Below, in pieces: positions 37,401 through 48,151 of a stretch of DNA of 64,000 nucleotides. Origin of the DNA: Lophium mytilinum. Lineage: Eukaryota. Both the position numbers and the translations under genes were made by a program. Where the stretch lies: positions 690,882 through 754,881 of the forward strand of contig MU004192.1 of assembly GCA_010093605.1 (NCBI GenBank). The letters run 5' to 3'. The notes beneath the pieces are model-generated. The model ran no database searches and had not been told where the DNA came from. It saw nothing but the letters and a program-made list of their open reading frames with translations. Positions within the stretch are counted from its first letter, which is position 1; each line of letters starts with the position of its first letter.

Positions 37401-37512
37401 CGAGAGCACTCGTCGCCTGAATGCATTGAAAAGGTTCATTACACGGGAGAAGAGGAAGATATCTAAGCTAGAAAGACAAGGGTTTGTGGAATCAAGTGGA
37501 TGGGGGGAGTAA
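34430..37512 (+). CDS. ~970 aa protein: OTU-like N-terminal domain + DEDDy (RNase D/WRN-like) 3'-5' exonuclease + uncharacterised C-terminus
   Basis: Exons 34430-35032, 35085-35462, 35517-36163 and 36228-37512 join in frame via GTAAG..CTAA..AG introns. Motifs: SFYRSVA..GDAENHILVKRQV and HYTSL (OTU-like); VLGWDAEF, AYNLQSD and EYLLGDV (Exo I/II/III). Confidence 0.65.
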
Positions 37513-38912
37513 AGCAACGTATTCGCATCGCACTTTCAAAGACTGTTGGGTATTTAGTGGGAGATTCTGAGACTGACTGTATAGAGATTTGGGTAACGTA
37601 GTTCGCTATGTCTGGTTAGTAGACATCTTGTAGATCTAGAGGGGTGGAGCATAGACAAAGAGTAGAAGAGGAGCACTGATGTTATTTTCACCGTTTCTTC
37701 CAGAGCTATATTTTCAATGCAACATAAAACATCGTCAATTTTCCATTCTTACCATCAAACCCCTCTACTATCTCGCGAGTTCCCACTGCCTCAACTCACG
37801 CTGCAAGCTCTGCCTCCTTGAAGCCTGTCGTTCGTCGAGTAACATGATACGTCACAGCTCACGTGCATATCTCACATGACCCGAAATTTCTTCGATCCTC
37901 GACTATAAAAACCCCCCTGACCTCAAGACCAGATTTCTTTCTTCAAGACGAGAAAATGGAAGTCCAGAGGACAACAAAATACCATATCTGGGAGGCCTTC
38001 ATGTCTCGTCCAGTTGTCAAAACAGCAAAGACTACGTGTTGATGTGGGATTGTCGGAATCTGGTGGTGGAAGCAAAACAAAGTCCGCTAGTGCGCCGTGA
38101 TGTGTTCCGTTCAACAGATTCGTTGTCTTTGTCCATGGTGTGGTGGGAGGTTGGGCGCGGTTGCAACAGTCTGTTTCATGTGCTTCCATAGGGTGGGAGG
38201 GACTGAACTGAGACGATGATGGTGACTATCCCCTCCCACTCCTACAGCCCTCGATTACCTCTCAAAAACTTCGGTCAATGTCTTCATGATACTGTCCACT
38301 GCCATGTATCAAGCTCGTTGATCAGCGATGTTTCGACGTCTCTCATCATCTCCATCCGCATAGTCTTTGGTCATGCTCACCATCATCCAATCCCAATGCA
38401 GGCGCCCACACAACGCCAACACCGCCAGACTGACCATGATACTTGGGCTTCCAACAGTTTTGCACCAACCCAGTCCCCTCCGATCCCATCAGCGGTCATT
38501 GCTTCCAGTTTGATAGAAATGATATGTGCTGCCTCCTAGAGTCTACAGACCGGACAGCCAGGCTCATGGTACTGTAACCGTTCCTTTGTTGCACCTCCCT
38601 TCAAGATCGCGACCTCCCTGTAGACTAGGGACTGGAAAGCGACGGAAGCTTTATAGCTGAGAAGTTAGAGCAACGACAGCTTAGTCAGTAACACGTGATA
38701 TCGCAATGCTCACTCCTGACGGCATCGTGAAGCGATCAATCATATTTTACAAGCCTCCCATATATCCTACAACTCACTAGCCAATCTATAAGAACGCCGA
38801 CCTGACCCTCGTCCGAATGAGCGACCTATATAAAACCAAAGCCCGTACAACACCAATACCCTTATCCCATACTCTTACACCAGCCTTCTACCACCAAGCG
38901 AAACCACCCAAT

Positions 38913-41551
38913 CTACCCAATCTGCCCCTGACCCCCCTGCAGCCCCTGCATCCACGCCTCCGCCATCTCATTCCCCGCCTCGCCCGGCGGCATAACTGAC
39001 CCAAACAGATCCATAACATCCGTCCCCATCAGCAACCCCTCAGGCATATAATACGGATCATCGCTAATCGGAAAGAACAGCGCATCCGCCACCCCCGCCG
39101 CACTCCCCCCCGGCAGCTCCGGCGGCGGCATAACCATATGGCTCTGATTCTGGTTCTGGTTCTGGGCCTGGTTCTGGGCCTGCTGCATACCGCTGTTGCT
39201 GGTCGGTTGATTCAACAGCGTGTTCGACCACCGGATGCGGTTCCCCTGCCCGGCCGCCCGCAGCTGCACGTCGCGCACGTACTCGCGCGCAATGTGCGCG
39301 AACTCGGAGACGAGGGAGCCTGGGAGGGTGCCGCCGGAGGCGTACTCGACGCGGGAGAAGTGGCCGCTGGCGACGTCGAGGAGGGCGAGGTTGGTGCTAG
39401 TCTCCGGGTGGGTGGGGTTGTGAATGACGAGGTCGAAGAGGACGAAGAGGCCGGAGAGGGGGACGCCGGCGAGGACCCTGCGTTGGGTTAGTAAGTGGCT
39501 TTTTCGGGGGGGAGGAGTGGAGGGGAGGGGGTTAAGTACCAGACGGGTGTGTAGGGAGATACGTCGATGTAGGGGGTCAGTTCTAGGATGGCGCATGAGG
39601 CTTTGACGAGCAGGTTTTTGCTTTCGGAGTGCCGGATTGATTTGGCGGAGTCTTCTCTAGAGGCCTCGGCGTTGATGTGTAAGGAGGCTCGGCACAGGGC
39701 GAGGACGTGGTTGTAGTAGAGGAGATGTACTCTGAGAGCTACGGTGGTGCTGAGAGGTCCCGGGAGTGCGTGAGCTCGGAATTGCTCGCCGGGGCGAACA
39801 CTGATGGGAATGGACATCCTCCAATGTTCCAGCTCTTCCATTAATTGACTGATCGTGTTGACGAAGTAGCTTATCGGGTTTGAGGCGACGCTGATTGAGA
39901 AAAGTGAGTTGTATGATCGGGATAGTAATCGGCCGTATCTTGCGAATGCGAGGAACCAGTCAAAGTCTCCGAATACTGCTGTAGGGGTGTACGGAATTGG
40001 ACAGCTAATGTCCGCGTCGATGAATACCTAGGAGCTACTTAGTAGTGCACTCCTGAAGTAGTACATGGGATGAAGGCAAACGTACCGACCCGCGCCCAGC
40101 GCAGAAAGTGGTCATCTTTTCCAACGAATAGACGACCCAGAACGCCCGATTGTAGACGCTGTCTGGGGATGCCCGCGACTTGATGAGATTCAAGTTCTGC
40201 GCTCTCCGAGCACTCTCTGATATCATAGTGTGTTCAATTTGAATGCATGAAACGCTCAAAGCAAATACGGACTAGGTTGAGGTTAGCAGTTTCTTTATGC
40301 GGAGGTGAATTGGGAGTGTCGTACCATCGCAGTGACAGCTTGCAGAGCTATGAGAGAATCGGGAAGGATGACAAGGTCTGGGTACAACGCTAGGGATACT
40401 GAGAAAAGCTGCCATGCTCGGTTCTGCCCAGGCTCGAAAGTTCCACCGTTGTTGTACTGCGATCCTAACGCAAGGACTGCATGATACAGTGCCGACCATG
40501 CTTTGTTCGTGTGTAGTATTTGAGAGAACTGGGGATTTGATAGGGTTTCCTGGAAGGCATGTTGGTCTAGGAAAGGGTAGAGAGGATGCACTTGTTCAAA
40601 GAAGGATCGTATATAGGCCGAGGTTAGATTGGGGTCCGAACTAATGTCCGCAGTCCATGACTTTGAGAGTACGTGATCAGTGATGATGTTTTCTTTTGCT
40701 TTAAGACGAGTGTTGATGACAGTGTCCGCCTTGTTCAGGACATCGTTGAGTCGGTTATGCCCCAGGCGAGTCGAGAGGGATTGTCGTCGGCCTTCGGAGA
40801 AGAACGTCAGACTATACCCGCTGTAGTCTCCACCTATCTTAAAGTTAGAGAAGTACAGTATATGAGTACTGTAAGACCAACCAAAGATCCCATTTCCCTG
40901 TGAATATCAGCACACATACCTAGCGGAAAAGGATCGAGTGGAATACCTTGAACGGAAACGTTTCAGACTTTTGTCTCTGTAAACCAGGTCTGTCAGAAAG
41001 GAGCCGGTCGATGTAAAGTTCCGGCAGGCTCTCGGCCGTCGGCTCCGTAGACTGCTGTACTTTCTTCGGCGCTTGAACGCTGATAGTTGACGCTTTTGCT
41101 GGAGGTTTTGACGCATCTGGATTCAGTGACATGACATGAAACGGAGACGCCGGTTCATCTTTGACGACCTTCGAGCCGAATACGGTTGACAGAGACTCTT
41201 GAGCCACTAATATCGTCAGCAAGGTCTTGGTATGCGCAGCGATGGCTCGTACATACATTCGCCGAATATGCGCTCGTAGCGATTTCGTCGTTTCGGTGCC
41301 GATGCAATACTGAAGTGGCACTCTACATTCCGGCGCTACAGGATCATATCAGCCTAAAGACTTATATATCTAAAAACGGTCAGGTGGTGATCTACCGTGC
41401 AGTTCTCGCATGGCCCAGGATACCCATGCCCTGACTAATCAGCTGGTGTTCACGTATATGAATGCTCTGAAGAGGAGAAGATACCTGTACACCGAACCTT
41501 ACGGCTCTTACACGCGTCGCACGACTTGAACACTTTTAGTGTTCCAATCAT
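38913..41551 (-). CDS. Zn(II)2Cys6 fungal transcription factor with middle homology region
   Basis: CDACKSRKVRC|..GPCENC|RRNVECHF split over three exons; HPLYPFLD, ALYHAVLALG and RAFWVVYSLEK fungal TF motifs; Q/N-rich C-terminus. Confidence 0.9.
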
Positions 41552-41919
41552 GGTGTAATGATCTAGTGCGAATTGGTAAATAAGCGACTAGGATGCGTCG
41601 GTAACTTCGTTCAGCAAGTCGTACCACCCCATGCCGTGACGGGGAGGTCAATAAGTAGATTGGATTTCATGTGGAATGGGTTCATGAAGTCATGAGGGAG
41701 CTTGAAAGTTTCTTGTTGTGCTGAAGTAGGCTTCCGGAAGACCCGCTCGGAAAATTGCCAGATGCGGCGTCCGGAGCCGAGCATCGATCTATGATCGAGG
41801 CAAATCTGACTAAAGAGTCAGGGGTGCCTCGAAAGGCTACGAGGACTGCCAAATATATACCCTATTCCTTGAGATCTACGCTCAAATAGTAGTAGATACC
41901 AAGAACCTAATTTCCACCG

Positions 41920-42950
41920 TCGCCAACTTTACATCGCAACGCGAATACGATGCATATGGCATGGGGGGCCTTAAAACTCCATCAATACTGTCAAACACAT
42001 CTTCCAGACATTCAGAAATGACCTTGGGTAGGAGTAGGTATGACGGACCTAAAATACGGGGTCGCGATCTTTACATCGTGACCTAATTGCAGCCGGTATA
42101 GCCAGGCATGCTTCACGAACCTATGAAACCTACCAATTTTAACCTCCCAATACCCTAGATTCTAGGACCATATTGGTGCAGCTTTGGAAACGTAGTAGAG
42201 CCACCAAAGGTCTCCTAAACATACCAATGGTAGAAAACCCAGGATGTTAAAACCTCAATTATGTAAATTGCAGATGTAATAACCATACACCCGAATCCCA
42301 CTCTCCGGACCTTTACATCCTGCCAAACAAGAAACGTATACGCCCAGGAGCGCTTCAAGACCCGCCCACTGCTGCCAGGATCCAGCCCCCCGACGCCTTG
42401 ATTCCGGTCGTCCGTGAGTGGGAATTGACAGCGAAGCAGCGCCCTTGGAGGTCTCCAGCACCTTTGCGCGAGAGGAAACAGAGAATGTCAAGTCCTTAAG
42501 CGCGTAAATCAGAGATGTAGAACGCACGCACCTAATCCACGCCCTCCGGAACTTGACATCTTATAGTTTAGGGGGTGTGTAGGGCCAGGGGCGTCTTCCA
42601 TCGGTAACACTACTGTCAAGACGCTCGTCACAGGCGCTCGATTCCATGTGCGCAGATGTAACACTACACGCCCAATTCACGCCCCCTAGAACTTGACATT
42701 CTGTGTTTCATGAAGCGAGTATAGCCAGGGGCGCCTTACGTCGGTGAAATTATCGTCAAGACGCTCGTCACAAGCGCTCGACTCGTGGGCTCCGGAACTT
42801 GACATCTTGTAAATCGTAATATCGGTATGGCCAGGGGCGTCTTAAATCGATCCGAACACTGCCAAAACAAACCGTAACTGCGCTCGGTTTCGAGTGACTG
42901 AATATCAAGTCCAACGCCTGAAACGCGAGGTCTCAAACTTGACATCTCGC
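41920..42950. repeat. Degenerate ~140-bp tandem repeat array (about 7 core copies)
   Basis: Core A(A/C/T)CTT(G/T)ACAT at 41925, 42067, 42309, 42550, 42690, 42796 and 42936. In five copies it is followed at a fixed distance by a TA(T/G)(A/G)GCCAGGGGCG-like block. Confidence 0.75.
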
Positions 42951-43278
42951 GGAAATTTTCTTAGATGTGCACGAAGGACTCCAGACCTATAAGACGCAAA
43001 GGAAAACAACACTTAAAAACAACTAGATTTCGAGCGAGATTTCACTTACATCTTCTCATCACTTTCATCACTCGAGGCACCCCAGAACCCGTTCAAGCAA
43101 GGAAATTTTCATTCCTTCATAGTCTCATTCAAGGCCTATAGCCGCATCCCACCGCCCCAACGCCGCAAAACAGGGCCGCAGCCCATCCCCAATACCCAAA
43201 GGCCCATTTCGGGCGTCTCAACAAAAGTACAAGAAAAGAACCTTCAAACCAGAACGCCACGCCATGCCTTTTTCCCGC

Positions 43279-45394
43279 TCAAACCGTGCACTGAATCCCC
43301 TCCAGAGCCAGGAGGGCCTTTCCACCCTCAATTTCAAACACATTGATCTTACGCTCACACTCAGCCCTCAGAATCTGCTCGCCTCTCTCGGCATTATGCA
43401 CGATCCATTCCTCTACTGACATTCCCCTCTCAGCCTCAGTCAGCCCTTCACGGACTTTGGCGACTTCAGCTTCTCCAGACACATGGAAAAAGTTCTCCTT
43501 GTCCAACGCCATATCAAGCGTCGGGACAGACGGAGAGAAAACGAAGACGTTTTCGAGATCAATCGGCTTCCAGGGCATGCTGGAGCCGAATCCGCCTACT
43601 TTTGCGTTGCCTGCTGCACGCTTGGATGGTGATTCGAAGACCCCTCGGCGTTCTGACAGTGGTGGCCGAACGGACGCAGGACGAGCCGAAGGTGGCTTGT
43701 TCTCCACGTCGGATGAGGATTCGCGTGGAGTTTGGGCCTTCTTCAGAGTCTTTTTGACCCTCTTTGGCAGTGGTGTGGGAGCCTCGGCGGTTTCAGGCTG
43801 ATCCTCCAGGATGGCAATTGGAGAGTCGGTCTTCTTGGTACCATTGCTCATGCGCTTGGCACCTCGTTTCGGTGTTGGGCTGTCGTGTTCTGATGGCTGA
43901 AGGGCTTCCAGCTGCCAGTCCATGCTCGTGGTGACAGCAGGCTCATCCAGTACGATGGGTTCGGAAGTCGAGGCTGCTTTCTTGCCTCTGGTGGTCTTCC
44001 GGGTAGTCTTCGCAGGAGCCTTTGCTTTTCCTTTTCGACCTTTGCCAGTGGTAGCATCGGTGGCAGTCGTCATGATGCTGTCGTCGACATGGGCGACGGC
44101 TTCATCAACGTCCATTTCGTGGTTCTCCATGGGGGCAGCGGACTCGTCCAGTATGATGGATTCCAACGTGGAGGCTGCTTTCTTTCCTCGGGTGGTCTTC
44201 TTGGTGGCGAGCTTTGCTTTTCCTTTCTTGCCCTTGGTAGTCGTGGCATTTGTCATGTTACTGTCGTCGATGTCGGCCATGGCTTCATCGGTATCGATTC
44301 CGTGGTTGTCCTCTGGGGGAGCTGGGAAATCGTCCAGATTGATGGAGCCCGACGTCGAGGCTGCTTTCTTGCCTCGGGTTGTTTTGCGGGTGGTTTTCGC
44401 AGGGGCCTTTGCCTTTCTGCCCTTGGAGGTGGCATTGGTGGCATTCGTCATGACGCTGTCGTCGACGTCGGCCATAGCTTCGTCGGCATCAATGGACATT
44501 AAGGAGGGAGCTTCAGAGAAAGATGTTAGATTTGATTGTGTAGACAAACGTGATGCTCTTGATGTTCTCGAACCCTTAGCCTTTTTCTTCGAAGCAGGCT
44601 GCCTCGTGGCAGCATACTCGTCGACAAGTGCAAAGAAGAGACATTCTGGAGAGCGTCGTCGGTGCTCAGTCCTGGCCATGTTAGCGATTGATAGCAGCTA
44701 GCATGAGCATGAAGGCTTACAAGGGATTGTCCTTTGGCTCCCATCCATCTAAAGCCAGATGGCAGTAGTGGCAGGAAGCGCCGTCGTCAGCATCTGGGCT
44801 CGGGTCGTAGCACCAGCCAGCCTCGATCATCTAGAGCAGACACGTTAGCTTTGCGATCAATTGCGAGTGAATGAGGATTGCAACCTTCTGTATCTTCGGC
44901 TTCCATCCTTTCTTATCCTCATGGGGCCAGCTCTCCATGTACGTCGCCCTTCGAGACTCGATCATCTTCTCGCTCATTGGGTCTTCCTCGACGCGATTTG
45001 GGTCGCCGAGGCGCAGGCGGATGCAGGCGTTGATAGCCCATCCGCATTCTGGCGCGTGGAGAAGATGCTCGTAGGCTGGGACGTCGATGGGATCCCATCC
45101 ATCGAGCTGGCTGTTGCAGACAAGGCACTGGACGTTGTCGATGTTGTCGGCGGAGGGCTTGTAGTAGAATCCAGCGAAGGCAAGCTGCAGACTGAGTTAG
45201 CAATGGAGCTCCATCAGATACAAGTCAATTGCGCATCTCACCTCTTCGGGATTGGGGTTCTTGTGCGGCCAGGACACTGAAGCAGGCGTCTTCTTCTTCG
45301 TGTTCGAGGCGCGTCGCTTTGGAACGGTATGGGGCGTCAGGAAGGTCTCCAGACGGCCCATCAGGGTCTTCAGAGCTTCTGGGAGAGGGACCAT
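43279..45394 (-). CDS. BIR1: BIR1/survivin-like chromosomal passenger protein (two BIR domains)
   Basis: RLETF...WPH, LAFAGFYYKP..DNVQCLVC..LDGW..EHLLHAPECG, second BIR (MIEAGWCYDP..ASCHYC.LDGW..EHRRRSPEC), C-terminal MSVEEWI..CERKINVFEIEGGKALLALEGI. Confidence 0.88.
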
Positions 45395-45839
45395 GGTGTG
45401 CGGTTGCTCGGTCGCAGCTTCCTTCTGGAGAGTTTGGGTGTGGGTGGTGTGTGGGAGATGGCGGGGTTGTGTGGTTGAAGCTGGTGGTTCATTGATGAGG
45501 TGCAGTTGCGCAGGCGCGTCGTTTACGCAAATAAACACGGGCCTCGGGACCTCCGACCTAGTGAACTAGCGCCAAATTTCGCAATCACTACGGAGCAGGC
45601 AGGCAAGCCTTCCTTACCTAAGCACGTGCTGAGCTAGCAATTCTCCGGCCTCGCTCACACTTCCCTCCCTAATTATGCCATGGACTGCTCCGACTGCACC
45701 CTTCAAAAACCGAAAATGTGTGTGCCTCAATTGCACCGGTGATCTCATCTAGTCTTGCCATCTTGTTTCTTCTCCCGAATATGGCTCTCCCAGTACTTTC
45801 CGTACGTGAATTCCCAACAGTTCCCCCAACCCGAATGGG

Positions 45840-47339
45840 ATGATTGCTAATATCTCCCAGTCTGCCAGAGGCTTCCAGTCCGTTGTCGCAGGACATACCT
45901 TGTTGCTAGGCCAAATAGCTTGGTACCGGCGATCAGAACTGTTCAGCAACCGCAGGCAGTTCGCATCCCAACCCGCCGAGAAGCCGGCGCAAGACGAACA
46001 GCTCGGCAAATCCGCGTCCTTTACCTCCTCATCGCCGCCATCATCTCCATCCTCTGGAACGACTTCTCCCGTCGCCTCCAGCTCCGGCGCCTCCTCAGTA
46101 CAGTCTCTACCGGCGGATTGGGAGGATCAGCTTCCAAATCTCGATGACTTCTCCCAGCTCCCCCACAAAGATTTCGGGAAGAACCAGCTTATAGAAACAA
46201 ACGAGGAGTTCAAACGAAGCCTGAGGCAGATAACGAGGCAATTCCCGGCTATCACGTATTCTTTTGCCTACGGTTCCGGCGTGTTTCCCCAAACAGATGG
46301 CTCCTCCTCTTCCACGTCGCTGAGCCCGCACCCAAATCCCCCGGAAGCGATTTCCAAGTGGCAGAGAGGCGGAGGCAAGATGATTGACTTCATATTTGCG
46401 ACCAAGTTCACCGAGCATTTCCACTCTCTGAACCTCATGCGCCACAGGGATCACTACTCGTTCCTCGGCTCTTTCGGCTCCAGCGTCGTCTCACACGTTC
46501 AGGACTCCTACGGGGCCGGCGCATATTTCAACCCTTACATTACCGTGAACGGCACCCTTATCAAATACGGAGTCGTGAACTTCAGCACTCTGCTCCGCGA
46601 CCTCACGGACTGGGACACGCTATACCTCGCCGGCCGCCTCCACAAGCCCGTGAAAATCCTAACCGAAGAACCAAACATCCGTGTCGCGAACCAGCGCAAC
46701 CTCATGGCCGCCGTGCGTTGCGCCCTACTCCTTCTCCCACCCCAATTCACCGAAAGGGAACTCTACACCACCATCGCCTCGCTCAGCTACCAAGGCGACC
46801 CGCGCATGGCCCTCGGCTCGGAACACCCGAACAAGATCGCGAACATCGTAACGCACCAAATCCGCAATTTCCGCCTCTTGTACAGCGACCTCATCAACAG
46901 CTTACCGAACGTCGACTACGCCGAATCCTCATCTTTCAAGGATGCCAGCTGGATCGACGACCTCAAGCTCGACCGGCCCATGACGCAGAACATGGAGACT
47001 GCCTTCCGCGGCAACATGGTCCGCCGCCTGCCCAAATCCTTCCGCCAAAAACTCTACTTCTTGTACCAGCGCAAATTCGGCATCCCGGGCCGCGAGTTCC
47101 AAGAGATGCTCGAAGCGAGCGCCGACGAAGACGCCAAGGGCAGCTTGAAGAAGCCCCTCGGGAGCGACTTTGATCGGCGCGTGGCGTCAGAGGCCGATCT
47201 CCCTAAGATGGTGGCTAAGGCCGTGAACCAGACGGTCAAGTGGCCGAGCGCGGTGCAGAGCCTGAAATCTGGGTTTACGGCAGGACCGGGGCGGGCATTG
47301 AGATATGTGCGGGAGAAGCGCGCGAAGGGAAAGCAGTAA
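45840..47339 (+). CDS. TAM41: Mitochondrial phosphatidate cytidylyltransferase (Tam41/Mmp37)
   Basis: FAYGSGVFPQ, KMIDFIF, YFNPYI..LIKYGVV, DLTDWDTLYLAGRLHKPV, LSYQGDPRM. Confidence 0.95.
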   Translation: MIANISQSARGFQSVVAGHTLLLGQIAWYRRSELFSNRRQFASQPAEKPAQDEQLGKSASFTSSSPPSSPSSGTTSPVASSSGASSVQSLPADWEDQLPNLDDFSQLPHKDFGKNQLIETNEEFKRSLRQITRQFPAITYSFAYGSGVFPQTDGSSSSTSLSPHPNPPEAISKWQRGGGKMIDFIFATKFTEHFHSLNLMRHRDHYSFLGSFGSSVVSHVQDSYGAGAYFNPYITVNGTLIKYGVVNFSTLLRDLTDWDTLYLAGRLHKPVKILTEEPNIRVANQRNLMAAVRCALLLLPPQFTERELYTTIASLSYQGDPRMALGSEHPNKIANIVTHQIRNFRLLYSDLINSLPNVDYAESSSFKDASWIDDLKLDRPMTQNMETAFRGNMVRRLPKSFRQKLYFLYQRKFGIPGREFQEMLEASADEDAKGSLKKPLGSDFDRRVASEADLPKMVAKAVNQTVKWPSAVQSLKSGFTAGPGRALRYVREKRAKGKQ

Positions 47340-48151
47340 ATTAGGTCTGCTAGAAAGAGACAGGATGCATTCAGGGTATAACAGGGGCATCAACAGCACT
47401 GCCTCGTCAGGCTCGCAGCTTTCTTTTGTATGTATTTTGATTTTATGTCTCGTATCATCACCAGTGTAGCATGTAAGGACGTTCGGAAGGGATGGATTGG
47501 GATATGGGATCTGCATCGAGGGCTACCGCTGCCAGACGGACGGCGATTTGGGTAGAAAGGACGCTGGATAACGTCTTGGCGTTGAGTGTTTATGTTGTAT
47601 GCGATAGACTACGAAGGGAAGGGAGACCAGATGGGTGGCACTATAGGTTGTGGAAAAGCGATTCACTACTGGAAGATATAAAAGTCATAGGGATGCTTGC
47701 ATTCACTCCGTATTGAAGACACGGTCTTCCTCGTCCATGCGTTCCTAACAGCATAAACATTCTTGGGCTTTGATCTGGCCGAGATAACTAGCTCCCTACA
47801 ACCAATTCACAACATCACACCCCCTGACCCTCTTTCCAAGCTTCAATCAGATAGCATAAGAGTAAAAACTTGAACGTCGACGTTAAGTCTATCTAAGAAA
47901 ACCGCAGAAAAACGCCCTGAATGCAATGATATCACAACGCACAGACTCCCCACCAGTCCAACTCGCGGAGGGAGGGCCACCATCCCGTAAACACAAAAAA
48001 CGCCGCCCAACACCAGCAACGAGCCAGAATCCCCCAGCCGCCAGCTACCCAAAGCCCCTTGCCCTTGCCCGGCCCTATCTTGCCTATAAACCTTTCCTCT
48101 CGACGGACCTCACCTCGAAGCGAAGACCAGGCGACGCTGCAGCACGCCACG

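Noticed and set aside
41920..42950. CRISPR-like reading of the repeat/variable-segment array
   Set aside because: Eukaryotic context, degenerate repeats, irregular period and no cas genes.
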